Part shown: positions 34,842 to 45,473 of the stretch, piece after piece
Layout: every line of letters starts with the position of its first letter
Numbering within the stretch: the stretch's first letter is position 1
NCBI GenBank assembly: GCA_949287245.1
Contig: CASEFL010000002.1
Coordinates: 80,975-144,974 of the forward strand
Length of the DNA stretch: 64,000 nt
Direction: 5' to 3'
DNA from: an uncultured Bacillota bacterium
Lineage (GTDB): Bacteria; Bacillota_I; Bacilli_A; RFN20; CAG-826
The notes under the pieces: generated by a model
What the model saw: only the letters and a program-made list of their open reading frames with translations
Told to the model about the DNA's origin: nothing
The model's database searches: none
Translations under genes and position numbers: made by a program

Positions 34842-35742
34842 TATTTTTTCCCTTACCTTAAAAGAAGGAATCGTCATTAAAGGAAGAGAATGGTTAAGTC
34901 ACCATCCACGTGCGAATTTACTTATTCAAACGGGCATGTGTGAACATAGTAACCGTTATGAAGAACTGGCTTTATATTTAAATAACAAAGGCATTAACGT
35001 TTATGTCATGGATGCTTTTGGACAAGGATTAAATGTGGAAGATCCAAAAGATTTACAAAAGTGGCATGAAACGGCCTTTGAAGATAACGTGGATGCTTTA
35101 GCCTTAAAGTTGAAAGAAATTCGTGAGAAAACAAAGTTACCAACTTACGAAATGGGGCATTCTATGGGTTCCTTTATGAGTCAACGTTTATTGACCAAAC
35201 ATCCAGGTTTTGCCGATAAAGTGATTTTAATGGGTTCGAATGGTCCACAAAAATTCACCATGAAAATGGGTTACTTTGTTGCGTTGATGTTTGTGGATAG
35301 ATGGAACTGGGATAAGCCATCTCATTTGTTACAAGCCTTATCCATCGGACAATATGAATCCTCTATTAAAAATAGAAAAGATCGGAATGATTGGCTTTCT
35401 TATGATACAAAAAATGTTGAGGCTTATAATGCGGATCCCTATTGTGGAGCAAGAAACACAAACGGTTTCTGGAAAGTATTTTTAAAGGGTATGGCTCATT
35501 TATGGGACGAAAAAGCTTTAAAAAACTTAAATCCTGATACTCCTATTCTTCTTATTGCAGGAGAGGAAGATCCTGTTGGAAGATGCGGAAAAGGAATTCG
35601 CTTGCTTGAAAAAATGTATCTTGAACACGGGGTAAAAAATGTAACCACGATTCTTTATCCTAAGATGCGTCATGAAATTCTTAACGAAGGAGAAGGAAGA
35701 AAAAAAGTTTTTGCGGATATTGTTTCCTTCTTAGAGAAATAA
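34834..35742 (+). CDS. Alpha/beta hydrolase (lysophospholipase/monoacylglycerol-lipase-like).
   Basis: Nucleophile elbow GHSMGS, a catalytic-acid context, and His in MRHEILNE. Confidence 0.65.
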   Translation: MSNIFSLTLKEGIVIKGREWLSHHPRANLLIQTGMCEHSNRYEELALYLNNKGINVYVMDAFGQGLNVEDPKDLQKWHETAFEDNVDALALKLKEIREKTKLPTYEMGHSMGSFMSQRLLTKHPGFADKVILMGSNGPQKFTMKMGYFVALMFVDRWNWDKPSHLLQALSIGQYESSIKNRKDRNDWLSYDTKNVEAYNADPYCGARNTNGFWKVFLKGMAHLWDEKALKNLNPDTPILLIAGEEDPVGRCGKGIRLLEKMYLEHGVKNVTTILYPKMRHEILNEGEGRKKVFADIVSFLEK

Positions 35743-36689
35743 TGAAAAAGAAAAGTTCACGTCTTCGTTTTCTAATCAAAAGTAAAACATTATTTTCTTG
35801 GGGCATCTATCGCCTTGGAAAAATGTTTCATCGTTATGATGCTTTGGATCCTATCGCGTATACAAATCGCTTAGGGAAAGCGATATGTGGTTATGATTTT
35901 CATGCTGAAAATCCACGTTCTTTTAATGAAAAAATATGTTATTTAAAACTCTTTTACCGTAATCCTTTATGGGAACGAGTCGCGGACAAGCACGAGGTAA
36001 AAGTTTTTCTACAAGAAATTGGTTTAGGGGAATATGTCCCAAAAGAATATGGAGTATATTCTTCCTCAAAAGAAATTCATTTAGATTCTTTGCCTGATGA
36101 ATTTGTATTAAAGGCTACTCATGATTGTGGGTCTGTCTTTTTATGCAAAAAAGGTCAAACAAATTTTAAGGAAGTATTTGAAAAACTAGACGCTTCCTTA
36201 AAAAGTTCATATAAAGAAAGAAATCACAATTTCGAATGGGTTTATGAAAATATTCATCCAAGGATTATCGCGGAAGAATTTCTCCATCCGTATGGAGACT
36301 TTAAAGATATCATGGATTGGAAGTTTTGCATGGCGAATCATCGTTTTTTATGGGGTTATATCACAAAAAATCGAGAGTGCAATTTAGAGATCAATCCCAT
36401 AGATGAAGAAGAGAATTTGTTGCCAACTTGGAGTGTAGCGCCTCCATCTAAACAAAAAGATTTTCTTCGTTTAAAGAAAATTCCTTATTTTGGCTTAATG
36501 AAAGAAATATCTCTGCAAATCGCACGTTATTTTGATTTTGTTCGTGTTGATTTTATGGTTTGTAAAGAGGGTTTACGGATTAGTGAACTTACTTTTTTCC
36601 CTACCTCAGGAATTGGTTGTTTTTCAAATAAAAAAGTTGATTTTGAATTAGGAGAGAAATTTGATCTTTCGTTTACTAATCCTAAATAA
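35742..36689 (+). CDS. TupA-like ATP-grasp family protein (polysaccharide-modifying amidoligase-type).
   Basis: The motifs DWKFCMANHRF and FVRVDFMV resemble the D[YW]KF.C.NG and RVDLY motifs of the TupA-like ATP-grasp family. It lies in a polysaccharide locus. Confidence 0.45.
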   Translation: MKKKSSRLRFLIKSKTLFSWGIYRLGKMFHRYDALDPIAYTNRLGKAICGYDFHAENPRSFNEKICYLKLFYRNPLWERVADKHEVKVFLQEIGLGEYVPKEYGVYSSSKEIHLDSLPDEFVLKATHDCGSVFLCKKGQTNFKEVFEKLDASLKSSYKERNHNFEWVYENIHPRIIAEEFLHPYGDFKDIMDWKFCMANHRFLWGYITKNRECNLEINPIDEEENLLPTWSVAPPSKQKDFLRLKKIPYFGLMKEISLQIARYFDFVRVDFMVCKEGLRISELTFFPTSGIGCFSNKKVDFELGEKFDLSFTNPK

Positions 36690-36760
36690 ATCGTTCTTTA
36701 TTGGTTTGATAATAGCGCTTTCTCCTATAGGAGAATTATTTTTCGTGTAGAATAGCGCCC

Positions 36761-38830
36761 GTGATGAAAGAAAGAACAATAGGGAAACAGTTTGGAGGAA
36801 CAGGAAGGCTTGTTCCTTATTTTCTTAGTTTTGTTTTAATTGTTTTTCTTCTTGCTAGTTTGGTTTTATATGGGGAAGAAAATTTATTTATAAGTTTTGG
36901 TGATCCCGTTCGGGTGTATTCTACTCCATTACTTGTTTTAACAATTTGTACTTATCTTCCTCTTTTGACAACAATTCATTATGTTGGTTCTAAAAAATTT
37001 GGTATTCGTCCAAGTCCTTTATGGTTATGTGTTTTCCTTATCTTTCTTGTGCTTTCTTTAATTTCTATATGGTTGATTAAAGGACCTTTTAAAGACGGGA
37101 ATTCTGTTTTTGCTTTGTCTATGGAAGGCAAAATTCGTTATACGATTTTGACTTTTTATGTAACTTTTGGTCTTTATTATTTATTTGCCTATGTTCCTAA
37201 AATGATCAAAGGTGTTTCCTTTTTTCATTTTGCTGCTTTTTTAATTGTCGTTTATTCCTTAATTGCCATTATTTATTCTCTTATTGCGGAGTTTCCTTGT
37301 TATCTTTCTTATTTTGATAGTCAAGAAAGCGTAATGATACCGATGAGTTTTTATCTTAATCGGAATGTCTATGGATTTACGGTTTTTATTGGTATTGCCG
37401 CTTTAATGTTTTTGGAAGCAAAACGTCCCCGTTGGTGGCGGTGGCCACTTGCTTTAGGAATGTTCTTTGTAGAATTTTTCATCATGAGTAAAAGTAGTCT
37501 TCTTGCAAGTGGCATTGTCTTTATTGGTTGTTTCTTTTGGAATTCTTTCCGTTGTATGAGAACACACCCCTTCCGAAGTTTATTCTTTTTCCTTTTAGGG
37601 CTTTTTATTATTGGTAGCGTTATTGCCATTCCTTTTCTTCATCATACAGGTATTGAGAAATGGGATAATTTTTCTAGTCTTTTATATGAACGCTTAAGCA
37701 AAATGTTTTTAAGTTCGGAGGGTTCTGCAAACGCAAGGCTAGATTGTTTTGCCATTGCTTGGGCAGCCATATCTTCTTCTCTTCCTTCGCTTCTACTTGG
37801 GTTTGGTTTTGCCAACTGGAAAAATGCGATTTATGCCTATCATGGGGAATTTTTGCCTCTTGATAATGGATTTGTTGAAGATTTGGCAAGGGGAGGAGTC
37901 ATTGGTCTTTTCTTTTCTATTCTCATGTGGATCTTTTTCTTTGTTCTTATTCTTCGTGCAATGAAAAGAAGAAGTCCTTATGGTTTGCCTCTTTTCTTTC
38001 TCTTCTTTGCCTACTTAGCAAGAAATTTCTTTGAGGCATCTTCCTTTTTAAATCCAAATATAACGAACGTGATTATGTATATTCAGTTGGCCTTGCCTCT
38101 TCTTACTTTAGAAGCAGAGGAAAAAAATTTGCATGAAGAACAAGCTTTCATGGATATGGTTGTTCTCGCGCCAAAAAAAGAGACATTCCGTTCTTTTTAT
38201 GGAGTATTTGCTCTTTTATGCTCGTTATTAAGCATTCTTTGCGTCTGCTTTTCTTCTTATTTTTCTTTTGAACGCTATCCCTTCTTTAATGAAATTTCTT
38301 TATCAACCATTGTCTTTAATGTTTTCTTTTCCCTTCTCTTACTCGCTTTAGCGATGAATCTTTTTGAAAAACTACATCCTGGGAAAGGGATTCTTGTTAT
38401 TTTGTGTTTTATTCTGCAATCGAGTATTGGATTCATCATGCCTTACTATATTGAAGGAATTGGTCCTCTTTTATTGAGTTTTGTTCCCTTTCTTGTTGGG
38501 TTAATTATTTCCTTAGGGGAGTATCCTAGTTTTGCTTGTATAGTTAAGGCAGTCATTTTCTATTTTTTACCAATCTTTCTCTTTTTGATTTTGACAAAAA
38601 TATTTGAACAATATGGCGAAGCATTAACGGCTTATTCTTTGACTTATTTTAATTTATTTATCCTAAGTTATTATTTTATGGTTGATTGTTTTATGGGTGC
38701 TTATTCTCCTTTTGCTTCTTTTTCAATTTTATGGGAAAACCATATTTCTCTGCTTGCTTCTCGAAAAGAGGCAAAAAATGAACGAAAATATCTTCGTTAT
38801 CGTTATAAGAGAGGTAGAATTCATTCATGA
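36761..38830 (+). CDS. Large polytopic membrane protein (689 aa), a candidate polysaccharide polymerase/ligase (Wzy/O-antigen-ligase-like).
   Basis: At least 14 TM helices with a central periplasmic loop. Context is the polysaccharide locus. Confidence 0.35.
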   Translation: MMKERTIGKQFGGTGRLVPYFLSFVLIVFLLASLVLYGEENLFISFGDPVRVYSTPLLVLTICTYLPLLTTIHYVGSKKFGIRPSPLWLCVFLIFLVLSLISIWLIKGPFKDGNSVFALSMEGKIRYTILTFYVTFGLYYLFAYVPKMIKGVSFFHFAAFLIVVYSLIAIIYSLIAEFPCYLSYFDSQESVMIPMSFYLNRNVYGFTVFIGIAALMFLEAKRPRWWRWPLALGMFFVEFFIMSKSSLLASGIVFIGCFFWNSFRCMRTHPFRSLFFFLLGLFIIGSVIAIPFLHHTGIEKWDNFSSLLYERLSKMFLSSEGSANARLDCFAIAWAAISSSLPSLLLGFGFANWKNAIYAYHGEFLPLDNGFVEDLARGGVIGLFFSILMWIFFFVLILRAMKRRSPYGLPLFFLFFAYLARNFFEASSFLNPNITNVIMYIQLALPLLTLEAEEKNLHEEQAFMDMVVLAPKKETFRSFYGVFALLCSLLSILCVCFSSYFSFERYPFFNEISLSTIVFNVFFSLLLLALAMNLFEKLHPGKGILVILCFILQSSIGFIMPYYIEGIGPLLLSFVPFLVGLIISLGEYPSFACIVKAVIFYFLPIFLFLILTKIFEQYGEALTAYSLTYFNLFILSYYFMVDCFMGAYSPFASFSILWENHISLLASRKEAKNERKYLRYRYKRGRIHS

Positions 38831-39819
38831 GCGAAGTTTGCTTTGACAAGATTCTATTTGATGAAGTTGAAGCTCCTTTAAGTTATACCCTTCATAGAGG
38901 GAAAAACATTGTTCCTTCATTTGATCAAAATCTTTATCGATTATTTACTTTTCAATTTCACCATGCGAAGTCTGGAAATTTATGTTTTCAAAATCAAAAA
39001 ATATCCTTATTAAACTGGGATCCTTTGGCATTTTCTTTTCTTTCTTTTACCTTTAAAGAAGGAGGAAAACTTTCTTTCCTTATTTATGAAAACAGAAAAA
39101 ATATTGAGGTTTTGCTGAGAAAAAGCGAAGAAGTTTCTTCTCTTCCTTTTAAAGAAAAGATGACTTATTTAATCAAATTGTGGAAAGAGAGAACCCTTTA
39201 TTATTTATGGGATTCTCAGGACGATCCTCAACGTCTTTTGCTTCAAGTGTTTTTAAGTATTTATGAAGAGGATGATTCGGTGCCTTTGGTTCTTATAGAA
39301 CGTTCTTCTCCTTTTCTGCATCTTAAATCACCCCGTCAACCTATTCTTTCTCCTTCTAATGAACTACAAGGCTTCAAAAATTTTATACGGGAAGACTCAG
39401 GAGAATTTGTCTTTCAATTCGTGTTTATGGTTATTGTGGCTTTTGTTTTTTCCTACGGAATCTATAACCTTTTGATGTTAGGAAATATCCTTATTATTGT
39501 TTCGTGTTTTTTGATTTCTTTTTTACTTCTTTTCTTATTTTGTACCTCTACTTATTCGGTGATAAAGAAAGCTTTTTTACAAAGAAGAGGAGACCTTTTT
39601 CTTGATTTTCTCGCTCTATTTTCGGGAGTTATCGGGGCGATACCGGGAGTTCTTCTTCTTATTTTTTCTCTTCTTTGTAGTTCCATTTCTTCTTTAGGAG
39701 AATGGGTATCTCATCAAGATCCTGCTTTACTATTTACTGGTTTTATTCTTTGTTTCTTGAGTTTCCTTATTCCGCTTCTTTGTTGCTTCTTTTTTAAAAA
39801 CAAAAGGAAAAAAGTATGA
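38827..39819 (+). CDS. Membrane protein with a roughly 190-aa cytoplasmic N-domain and 4 C-terminal TM helices. Function unknown.
   Basis: Intact ORF translationally coupled on both sides (ATGA overlaps). Confidence 0.35.
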   Translation: MSEVCFDKILFDEVEAPLSYTLHRGKNIVPSFDQNLYRLFTFQFHHAKSGNLCFQNQKISLLNWDPLAFSFLSFTFKEGGKLSFLIYENRKNIEVLLRKSEEVSSLPFKEKMTYLIKLWKERTLYYLWDSQDDPQRLLLQVFLSIYEEDDSVPLVLIERSSPFLHLKSPRQPILSPSNELQGFKNFIREDSGEFVFQFVFMVIVAFVFSYGIYNLLMLGNILIIVSCFLISFLLLFLFCTSTYSVIKKAFLQRRGDLFLDFLALFSGVIGAIPGVLLLIFSLLCSSISSLGEWVSHQDPALLFTGFILCFLSFLIPLLCCFFFKNKRKKV

Positions 39820-40949
39820 TGAAATTAAAAGTAATGACCATTCTTGGTACAAGGCCTGAAATTATTCGTTTATCCGAAGTGATTAAAACGTGTGATAAAG
39901 AGTTTGAGCATATTCTTGTCCATACTGGACAAAATTATGATTACGAACTCAATGGAATTTTCTTTGAAGAACTTGGTTTACGAAAACCGGATATTTTTCT
40001 TAATGCTGTGGGAAAAAATTTAGGTGAAACCATGGGGAATATCATTGCTAAATCTTTTGAAGTGATAGAAAAAGAGCGTCCTGATGCTGTTCTTATTCTT
40101 GGGGACACCAATAGTGCGCTTTCTGCCATTTCTGCTAAAAGACTTAAATGCCCTATTTTCCATATGGAAGCAGGGAATCGTTGTTGGGATTGGAATGTCG
40201 CGGAAATGACAAATCGCGTTATGGTAGATCATATATCCGATATGAATCTTCCTTATAGCGAGTTTGCCAAAAGGAACTTATTAAGAGAAGGTCTTCCTTC
40301 TACTAGAATTATCAAAACGGGATCCCCCATGAAAGAGGTTATTATGGCCCATGAGGATGAAATTGAAGCTTCTTCTATTTTAGAAACGCTCGATCTTAAA
40401 AAAGATGAATATATTGTTTTTTCCGCGCATCGTGAGGAAAATGTTGATAACCCTATTAAGATGAGAACCTTATTTACCTCCTTAAATGAAATTGCCGAAA
40501 CCTTTAAATTACCTGTCATTTTCTCTTGCCATCCAAGGACAAGAAAACGTTTAGAAAAAGAAGGAATCATTCTTTCTTCTTATATTCAAGAAAGTAAGCC
40601 TTTTGGTTTTTTAGAATACGCGAAACTTCAAAGAAATGCTTATGTTACTTTAAGTGATTCTGGTTCTTTAACAGAAGAGAGCATTATATGCCATTTTCCT
40701 GCTGTTTTAATTCGGACAAGTACAGAAAGGCAAGAAGGGACAATCGCGAAAGCAATGTCGATTTCAGGAATTAAAACTGAAGGGATTTTAAGAGCCATAC
40801 CAATAGCAAGAAATCGGGCAAAAGAAGGAAAAATTGCAGGGAAAATTGCTGTTAATGACTACGATGTGGATTGTGTTTCTAAAAAGGTAATTCAAGTTAT
40901 TAAAGATTGGGTTTTTAAAATAAAAGAGGAAACTTGGAATCGTATTTAA
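39816..40949 (+). CDS. UDP-N-acetylglucosamine 2-epimerase (non-hydrolysing; WecB/CapG/FnlC type).
   Basis: N-terminal MKLKVMTILGTRPEIIRLSEV, motif HTGQNYD...LGDTNS, and catalytic HMEAGNR. Length is 377 aa. Confidence 0.85.
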   Translation: MMKLKVMTILGTRPEIIRLSEVIKTCDKEFEHILVHTGQNYDYELNGIFFEELGLRKPDIFLNAVGKNLGETMGNIIAKSFEVIEKERPDAVLILGDTNSALSAISAKRLKCPIFHMEAGNRCWDWNVAEMTNRVMVDHISDMNLPYSEFAKRNLLREGLPSTRIIKTGSPMKEVIMAHEDEIEASSILETLDLKKDEYIVFSAHREENVDNPIKMRTLFTSLNEIAETFKLPVIFSCHPRTRKRLEKEGIILSSYIQESKPFGFLEYAKLQRNAYVTLSDSGSLTEESIICHFPAVLIRTSTERQEGTIAKAMSISGIKTEGILRAIPIARNRAKEGKIAGKIAVNDYDVDCVSKKVIQVIKDWVFKIKEETWNRI

Positions 40950-42058
40950 TCCGTTATTCCTAATAAAGAGGCTACTAAATATTCTTCGTTTTCTTCAAGT
41001 ATGTATTGTTTTGAAAGAGTTAAAACGTTCTTTTGCATTTCTTCATAGTTTGTGTGAAATAAAGCTTTTTCTATGGCGTCTGCTAATTGTTGCGCATTGC
41101 CTACATCAACAAGATATCCTTCTTTGCCATTGGTAATTAATTCTTCGGCAACAGGGTATCTCGTCATGATAGATGGGACGCCAGCAAGGAGAGACTCCAC
41201 CCATGCACCAGGAACCCCTTCCCAATAAGTAGGGAGTATAAAAAATTTATGAGCGGAAAGAATCTGATATTTATCTTTTTGGTTTGCAATTCCATGATAA
41301 ATAAATTTATCGCTTAGTGCTGCATCAAACACTTTTCTTTCTTCTTCTGTCATATCAATTCGACCATAAAGATCGACTTGTGGCTCAATATTTTTCTTTT
41401 TTAGAATTTTTAACGCATCAAGGAGGACAAAGATACCTTTTGGTTGGGAAATTCTACCAAAAAAAAGCAAATCTCCTTTGGTAATATTTTTGAATAGTTG
41501 AGTGTTTACTAGCGTTGGTCGTTCACGATAATTAATAAGGCGATGGCAATTTTTTAATTGATAAAAATTTTCATAAGATTGGATTAAAAAGTTGTTTTCA
41601 AGAAGAATCGAATTACATCGTTTTAAAGATGATTTCATTATTAAATCTTTATTGTTACCAAATTTTGTATAGGGAAAATCCTTCCATGCTTCCGGCTTTT
41701 CTCTTTCAATAATTTTAGTTAGAGCCCCTACACCGATAGGTACATAAATTAATTTATTGTCTTTATTTTTTAGTAAATGTGAAATGAGAGGAAGTATTGT
41801 TCTTGATCCATTTGGTCCAGTCATAACGAGAATGGTTCTATTTTCGTTAATGACACAAGATAGTTGTCTAAGAATGCGAAAAAGGTGTTTTTTCCAATCT
41901 GTTAAATCAATGACTTTTAAATCAACGCCATATTTTTTTAAAATATTGTAATGTAAATTAGTACGAACCTGCCCTCCTTCGTTATATGAGGATGATTTAG
42001 TTTCATCATAACTGCTGACAATGGCAGCTTTTATATTTGTAAATTTTGTTGAGGGCAT
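40946..42058 (-). CDS. Glycosyltransferase family 1 (GT4-type).
   Basis: C-terminal EX7E-type motif (YWEGVPGAWVESLLAGVPSI). It is convergent with the epimerase, with a 4-nt overlap. Confidence 0.7.
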   Translation of the reverse strand: MPSTKFTNIKAAIVSSYDETKSSSYNEGGQVRTNLHYNILKKYGVDLKVIDLTDWKKHLFRILRQLSCVINENRTILVMTGPNGSRTILPLISHLLKNKDNKLIYVPIGVGALTKIIEREKPEAWKDFPYTKFGNNKDLIMKSSLKRCNSILLENNFLIQSYENFYQLKNCHRLINYRERPTLVNTQLFKNITKGDLLFFGRISQPKGIFVLLDALKILKKKNIEPQVDLYGRIDMTEEERKVFDAALSDKFIYHGIANQKDKYQILSAHKFFILPTYWEGVPGAWVESLLAGVPSIMTRYPVAEELITNGKEGYLVDVGNAQQLADAIEKALFHTNYEEMQKNVLTLSKQYILEENEEYLVASLLGITD

Positions 42059-42133
42059 AATTTCTCCTATAAAACGATGATTATTTATAGTCTAATTGAT
42101 TATAACTTCTTGAGTGTTTAAACTTTAGACATT

Positions 42134-43150
42134 ATGAGTAAATTTGATGTTGCGCTTTTCCCGAAAAAAACCTTTTTAATCACTGGCGGTACAGGATCTT
42201 TTGGCCACGCAATGGTGAATCGGCTTTTAAAACTGAATCCTAAGGAAATTCGTATTTTGTCGCGTGATGAGAAAAAGCAAGACGATATGCGAAAAGCTTA
42301 TCAAGACGATCGTTTAAAATTTTATATCGGAGATGTTCGTGATTTAGGCGCAATAGATGGTGCCTTTCGCGGAGTAGATTATGTTTTTAGTGCAGCCGCT
42401 TTAAAACAAGTTCCTTCCTGTGAGTTTTATCCTATGGAGGCTGTTAAAACGAACATTATTGGGAGCAATAATGTTATTTCTGCCTGCGTTCATAATCATG
42501 TTAAGAAAGCTATTTTTCTTTCTACCGATAAAGCAGCCTATCCCATTAACGCTATGGGAATGTCTAAGGCTTTAATGGAGAAAAACGTTATTGCACGAAG
42601 TCGTCAACTTTTAGAGGGTGATACCATTCTTTGTTTAACTCGTTACGGAAATGTTATGGCTTCAAGAGGATCAGTCATCCCTCTTTTTATTGAACAAATT
42701 AAAGAAGGAAAACCCATTACTATTACTAATCCTGAGATGACTCGTTTTATGATGACTTTGGAGGATGCCGTTGAACTTGTTCTTTATGCCTTTGCTAATG
42801 GGGAGCAGGGGGATTTATTTGTTCAAAAAGCACCTGCTGCAACAATAGATACTCTAGCAAAAGCTATCCTTTCTTTTTTCCCTAAAAATCAAGGAGTTAG
42901 TTATATTGGCACACGACACGGGGAAAAATTATTCGAAACTTTAGTTACGCAAGAAGAAATGCTCCGTGCGGTGGATGAGGGAGAATTCTTTAGAATTACA
43001 GCGGATAATCGTGATTTGAATTACGATAAATACGTTGAAAAAGGAATGGGTCACGTGACTATACCCGAATCCTACACGTCTCACAACACAACAAGACTTG
43101 ATGTCGAAGGTATGTGTAAATTGTTAAAGAAATTGGAGCAGTTCCAGTGA
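42134..43150 (+). CDS. UDP-GlcNAc 4,6-dehydratase/5-epimerase (CapE/FnlA/PseB-like, inverting).
   Basis: N-terminal KTFLITGGTGSFGHAMVNRLL, and the Tyr-x3-Lys and MSK motifs typical of the CapD/CapE family. Length is 338 aa. Confidence 0.8.
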   Translation: MSKFDVALFPKKTFLITGGTGSFGHAMVNRLLKLNPKEIRILSRDEKKQDDMRKAYQDDRLKFYIGDVRDLGAIDGAFRGVDYVFSAAALKQVPSCEFYPMEAVKTNIIGSNNVISACVHNHVKKAIFLSTDKAAYPINAMGMSKALMEKNVIARSRQLLEGDTILCLTRYGNVMASRGSVIPLFIEQIKEGKPITITNPEMTRFMMTLEDAVELVLYAFANGEQGDLFVQKAPAATIDTLAKAILSFFPKNQGVSYIGTRHGEKLFETLVTQEEMLRAVDEGEFFRITADNRDLNYDKYVEKGMGHVTIPESYTSHNTTRLDVEGMCKLLKKLEQFQ

Positions 43151-44253
43151 AAAAAGTTCTTCTTATTGGAGGGAAAGGATTTATCGGTAGATTCCTTTCT
43201 TTGTGTTTAAAAGAACAAGGGGCCGTTCCTTTAATATTTGATAAAGATGATGCTATAGAAGAACGAACTGATCTTTTTAAAGAGTCTGACTATATTATCG
43301 ATTGCCACGGATGCAATCGGTCTAACGATGAACAAGAGTTTTATCGAGTGAATCGTGATCAAACCTATGAATATGCCTCTTTAGCCAAAGAATACAAAAA
43401 ATCTTATTTATTTTTATCTACGATTCAATCAGGAAATGGAACACCATATGGTGATTCAAAAAAGACAGGTGAAGAGGCTATAGATTCTTTGCACAGCAAC
43501 TACTTAAATTATATTCATCTTCCTAATATTTATGGACCTACATGCCGTCCAGGTTATAACTCTGTAATTGCAACATGGATTGATTATGCCGTTAAAAGAG
43601 AAGCGTCAAAAATTCATTTAAATGATGATTCTATAGACAAAATAATTCCATTTTTGTATGTAACAGACTTAAGTGAATATCTTATTAGATGCATTTTAGA
43701 AAACCTAAAAATTTCTGATGAAGATATAAGTAAATTAGCTACCCCCGTTTGTTTAAAAGGGGCTTATAAAGCAATTCACCATTTAGCCACATTTGAGGGC
43801 GACCCGTTGAAAGATATTTCCAATATCTCTGCAAATCCTATATTTCTTAAACGAATTTACGGAACTTATTTATATGAAAGAAAATCCCCATTAATTCTTA
43901 GTTTTAAACAAAATTGTGACGAAAGAGGGAGTTTTACAGAGATTTTTAAGGGTGGATTTAAGAGTGAGTGTCAGTTTTCTTTAAATACGATTTATCCAGG
44001 TTTTGTTAAAGGAGGGCACTATCATCATCATAAATTAGAACGTTTTCTTGATATTTCGCACAATTCATATCTTTCTTATTCATTTAAATCGATACTAGAT
44101 TCTTCAGTTGAGTATTGTGTTGATAATATTTTCTCTATTGATATTCCTCCTTTTATAAAACATTCCCTTATGAATAAGGGAAAATCTATATCTTCCATTG
44201 CAATTTGGGCGGATGCGCCCTTTAATCCTAAAGAGGCAGATACGTATCGATGA
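43147..44253 (+). CDS. CapF/FnlB-like bifunctional reductase (N-terminal SDR Rossmann domain plus C-terminal cupin).
   Basis: N-terminal LLIGGKGFIGRFL. C-terminal domain has His-rich GGHYHHHKLERF typical of cupin metal sites. The 368-aa size matches CapF, and it is coupled to the CapE-like gene. Confidence 0.55.
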   Translation: MKKVLLIGGKGFIGRFLSLCLKEQGAVPLIFDKDDAIEERTDLFKESDYIIDCHGCNRSNDEQEFYRVNRDQTYEYASLAKEYKKSYLFLSTIQSGNGTPYGDSKKTGEEAIDSLHSNYLNYIHLPNIYGPTCRPGYNSVIATWIDYAVKREASKIHLNDDSIDKIIPFLYVTDLSEYLIRCILENLKISDEDISKLATPVCLKGAYKAIHHLATFEGDPLKDISNISANPIFLKRIYGTYLYERKSPLILSFKQNCDERGSFTEIFKGGFKSECQFSLNTIYPGFVKGGHYHHHKLERFLDISHNSYLSYSFKSILDSSVEYCVDNIFSIDIPPFIKHSLMNKGKSISSIAIWADAPFNPKEADTYR

Positions 44254-45473
44254 AGGCCAAATTTAATGCAATGAAACAAAACTTCTTAGTCTTTGCCCAA
44301 ATTTGGCAAAATTGGATACTGCTTCTTTTTTCTTTTATCGCATGTTTAACTCCGTTTTTTGCTTTTTCTAGTTCAAATGTTATTTCTAATGAGTATCTTG
44401 CTACAATGATTTCAGAAGAGGCTATCTATAACCGAAAAGAGCAAGTTCTTAATGTCAATTATGTACGCTTAAATAATGAAACTTCTGCTACGAGAGCAGA
44501 ATTATCTAATATTTGTCTGGAAGCATATAGTGACACTACTTATCGTTTCGTAAATGCTCAATATAATGCAGTAGCTTTATTTAATGAAAACGTAGGAAAT
44601 TACCATCGTTTTCCTCAACTCAAAAATTCTAAAACTTCTGTTATTTTATCTAACATTTTTTCCAATCATCAAAACCCTAATGATGAAACAATTCATGATA
44701 TTTTTGAATTATCTTTAATGTATGAAAGTTCAAATACAGATTTTCGTGACTTTGATAATTTTTGTTATATTCGACAAGAAGATGCAGACTATTTGATTAC
44801 TAATAGTAATGGCATTTTTAAGTCATATGAGGATTTGATTAATACTTCTTTGACTTGTGTTTTGCCTAACGATATAGACGGACAATCTTATTCATGGAAA
44901 ATTGCCAATATATTGCTTAGCGATAATGATATTTATCAGCATTTTAACGAAGTTTATGGACCATGGATGTTAGCTTATATTTTTGTTCCTGAGTATTCAG
45001 GATATTCTTATAGTTTTGATTATGCGGGCTCAATTAACAATAATGTAACCTATTTAAATCGCCATCGTAACCGGTTTACCGATGGTAATTATTCCTTTCA
45101 AATAACAGAACATAACGTTATTGATAAAAATCAATCTTATAGTAATCAAATCATAGAACTGATGACTCAAAAGCCATTAGGTTATGGATTTGAAATTGCT
45201 TTGGTTTTTGCATTCTTCCCTTTTATCATTTGGGTAGTTCTCTATTTATTGTTTTACAAAAAAGTATATTCATTCAAATGGTGGTTATTTGGTGGTGAGT
45301 TTTTGTTTGGTTTTATTATTTATGAAATTTTTTCTATAACTTATTTAATTCATCCGATGAGCGTAATTTATTTTTCCTCTTACTCGATCGTGTGCTTTTT
45401 AATAATTTTTGTACTGTTATTATCTTCGACAACATTGTTTTCATTACTAAAGGAAGAAAAAAATGGGAAATAG
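44250..45473 (+). CDS. Membrane protein with a large extracytoplasmic domain. Function unknown.
   Basis: One N-terminal TM, a roughly 280-aa Asn/Ser/Tyr-rich domain, then 3 C-terminal TM helices. Very AT-rich. Confidence 0.35.
   Translation: MKAKFNAMKQNFLVFAQIWQNWILLLFSFIACLTPFFAFSSSNVISNEYLATMISEEAIYNRKEQVLNVNYVRLNNETSATRAELSNICLEAYSDTTYRFVNAQYNAVALFNENVGNYHRFPQLKNSKTSVILSNIFSNHQNPNDETIHDIFELSLMYESSNTDFRDFDNFCYIRQEDADYLITNSNGIFKSYEDLINTSLTCVLPNDIDGQSYSWKIANILLSDNDIYQHFNEVYGPWMLAYIFVPEYSGYSYSFDYAGSINNNVTYLNRHRNRFTDGNYSFQITEHNVIDKNQSYSNQIIELMTQKPLGYGFEIALVFAFFPFIIWVVLYLLFYKKVYSFKWWLFGGEFLFGFIIYEIFSITYLIHPMSVIYFSSYSIVCFLIIFVLLLSSTTLFSLLKEEKNGK

Noticed and set aside
35291-35485. 64-aa ORF nested inside the alpha/beta hydrolase gene.
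   Set aside because: Alternate frame within a supported gene.
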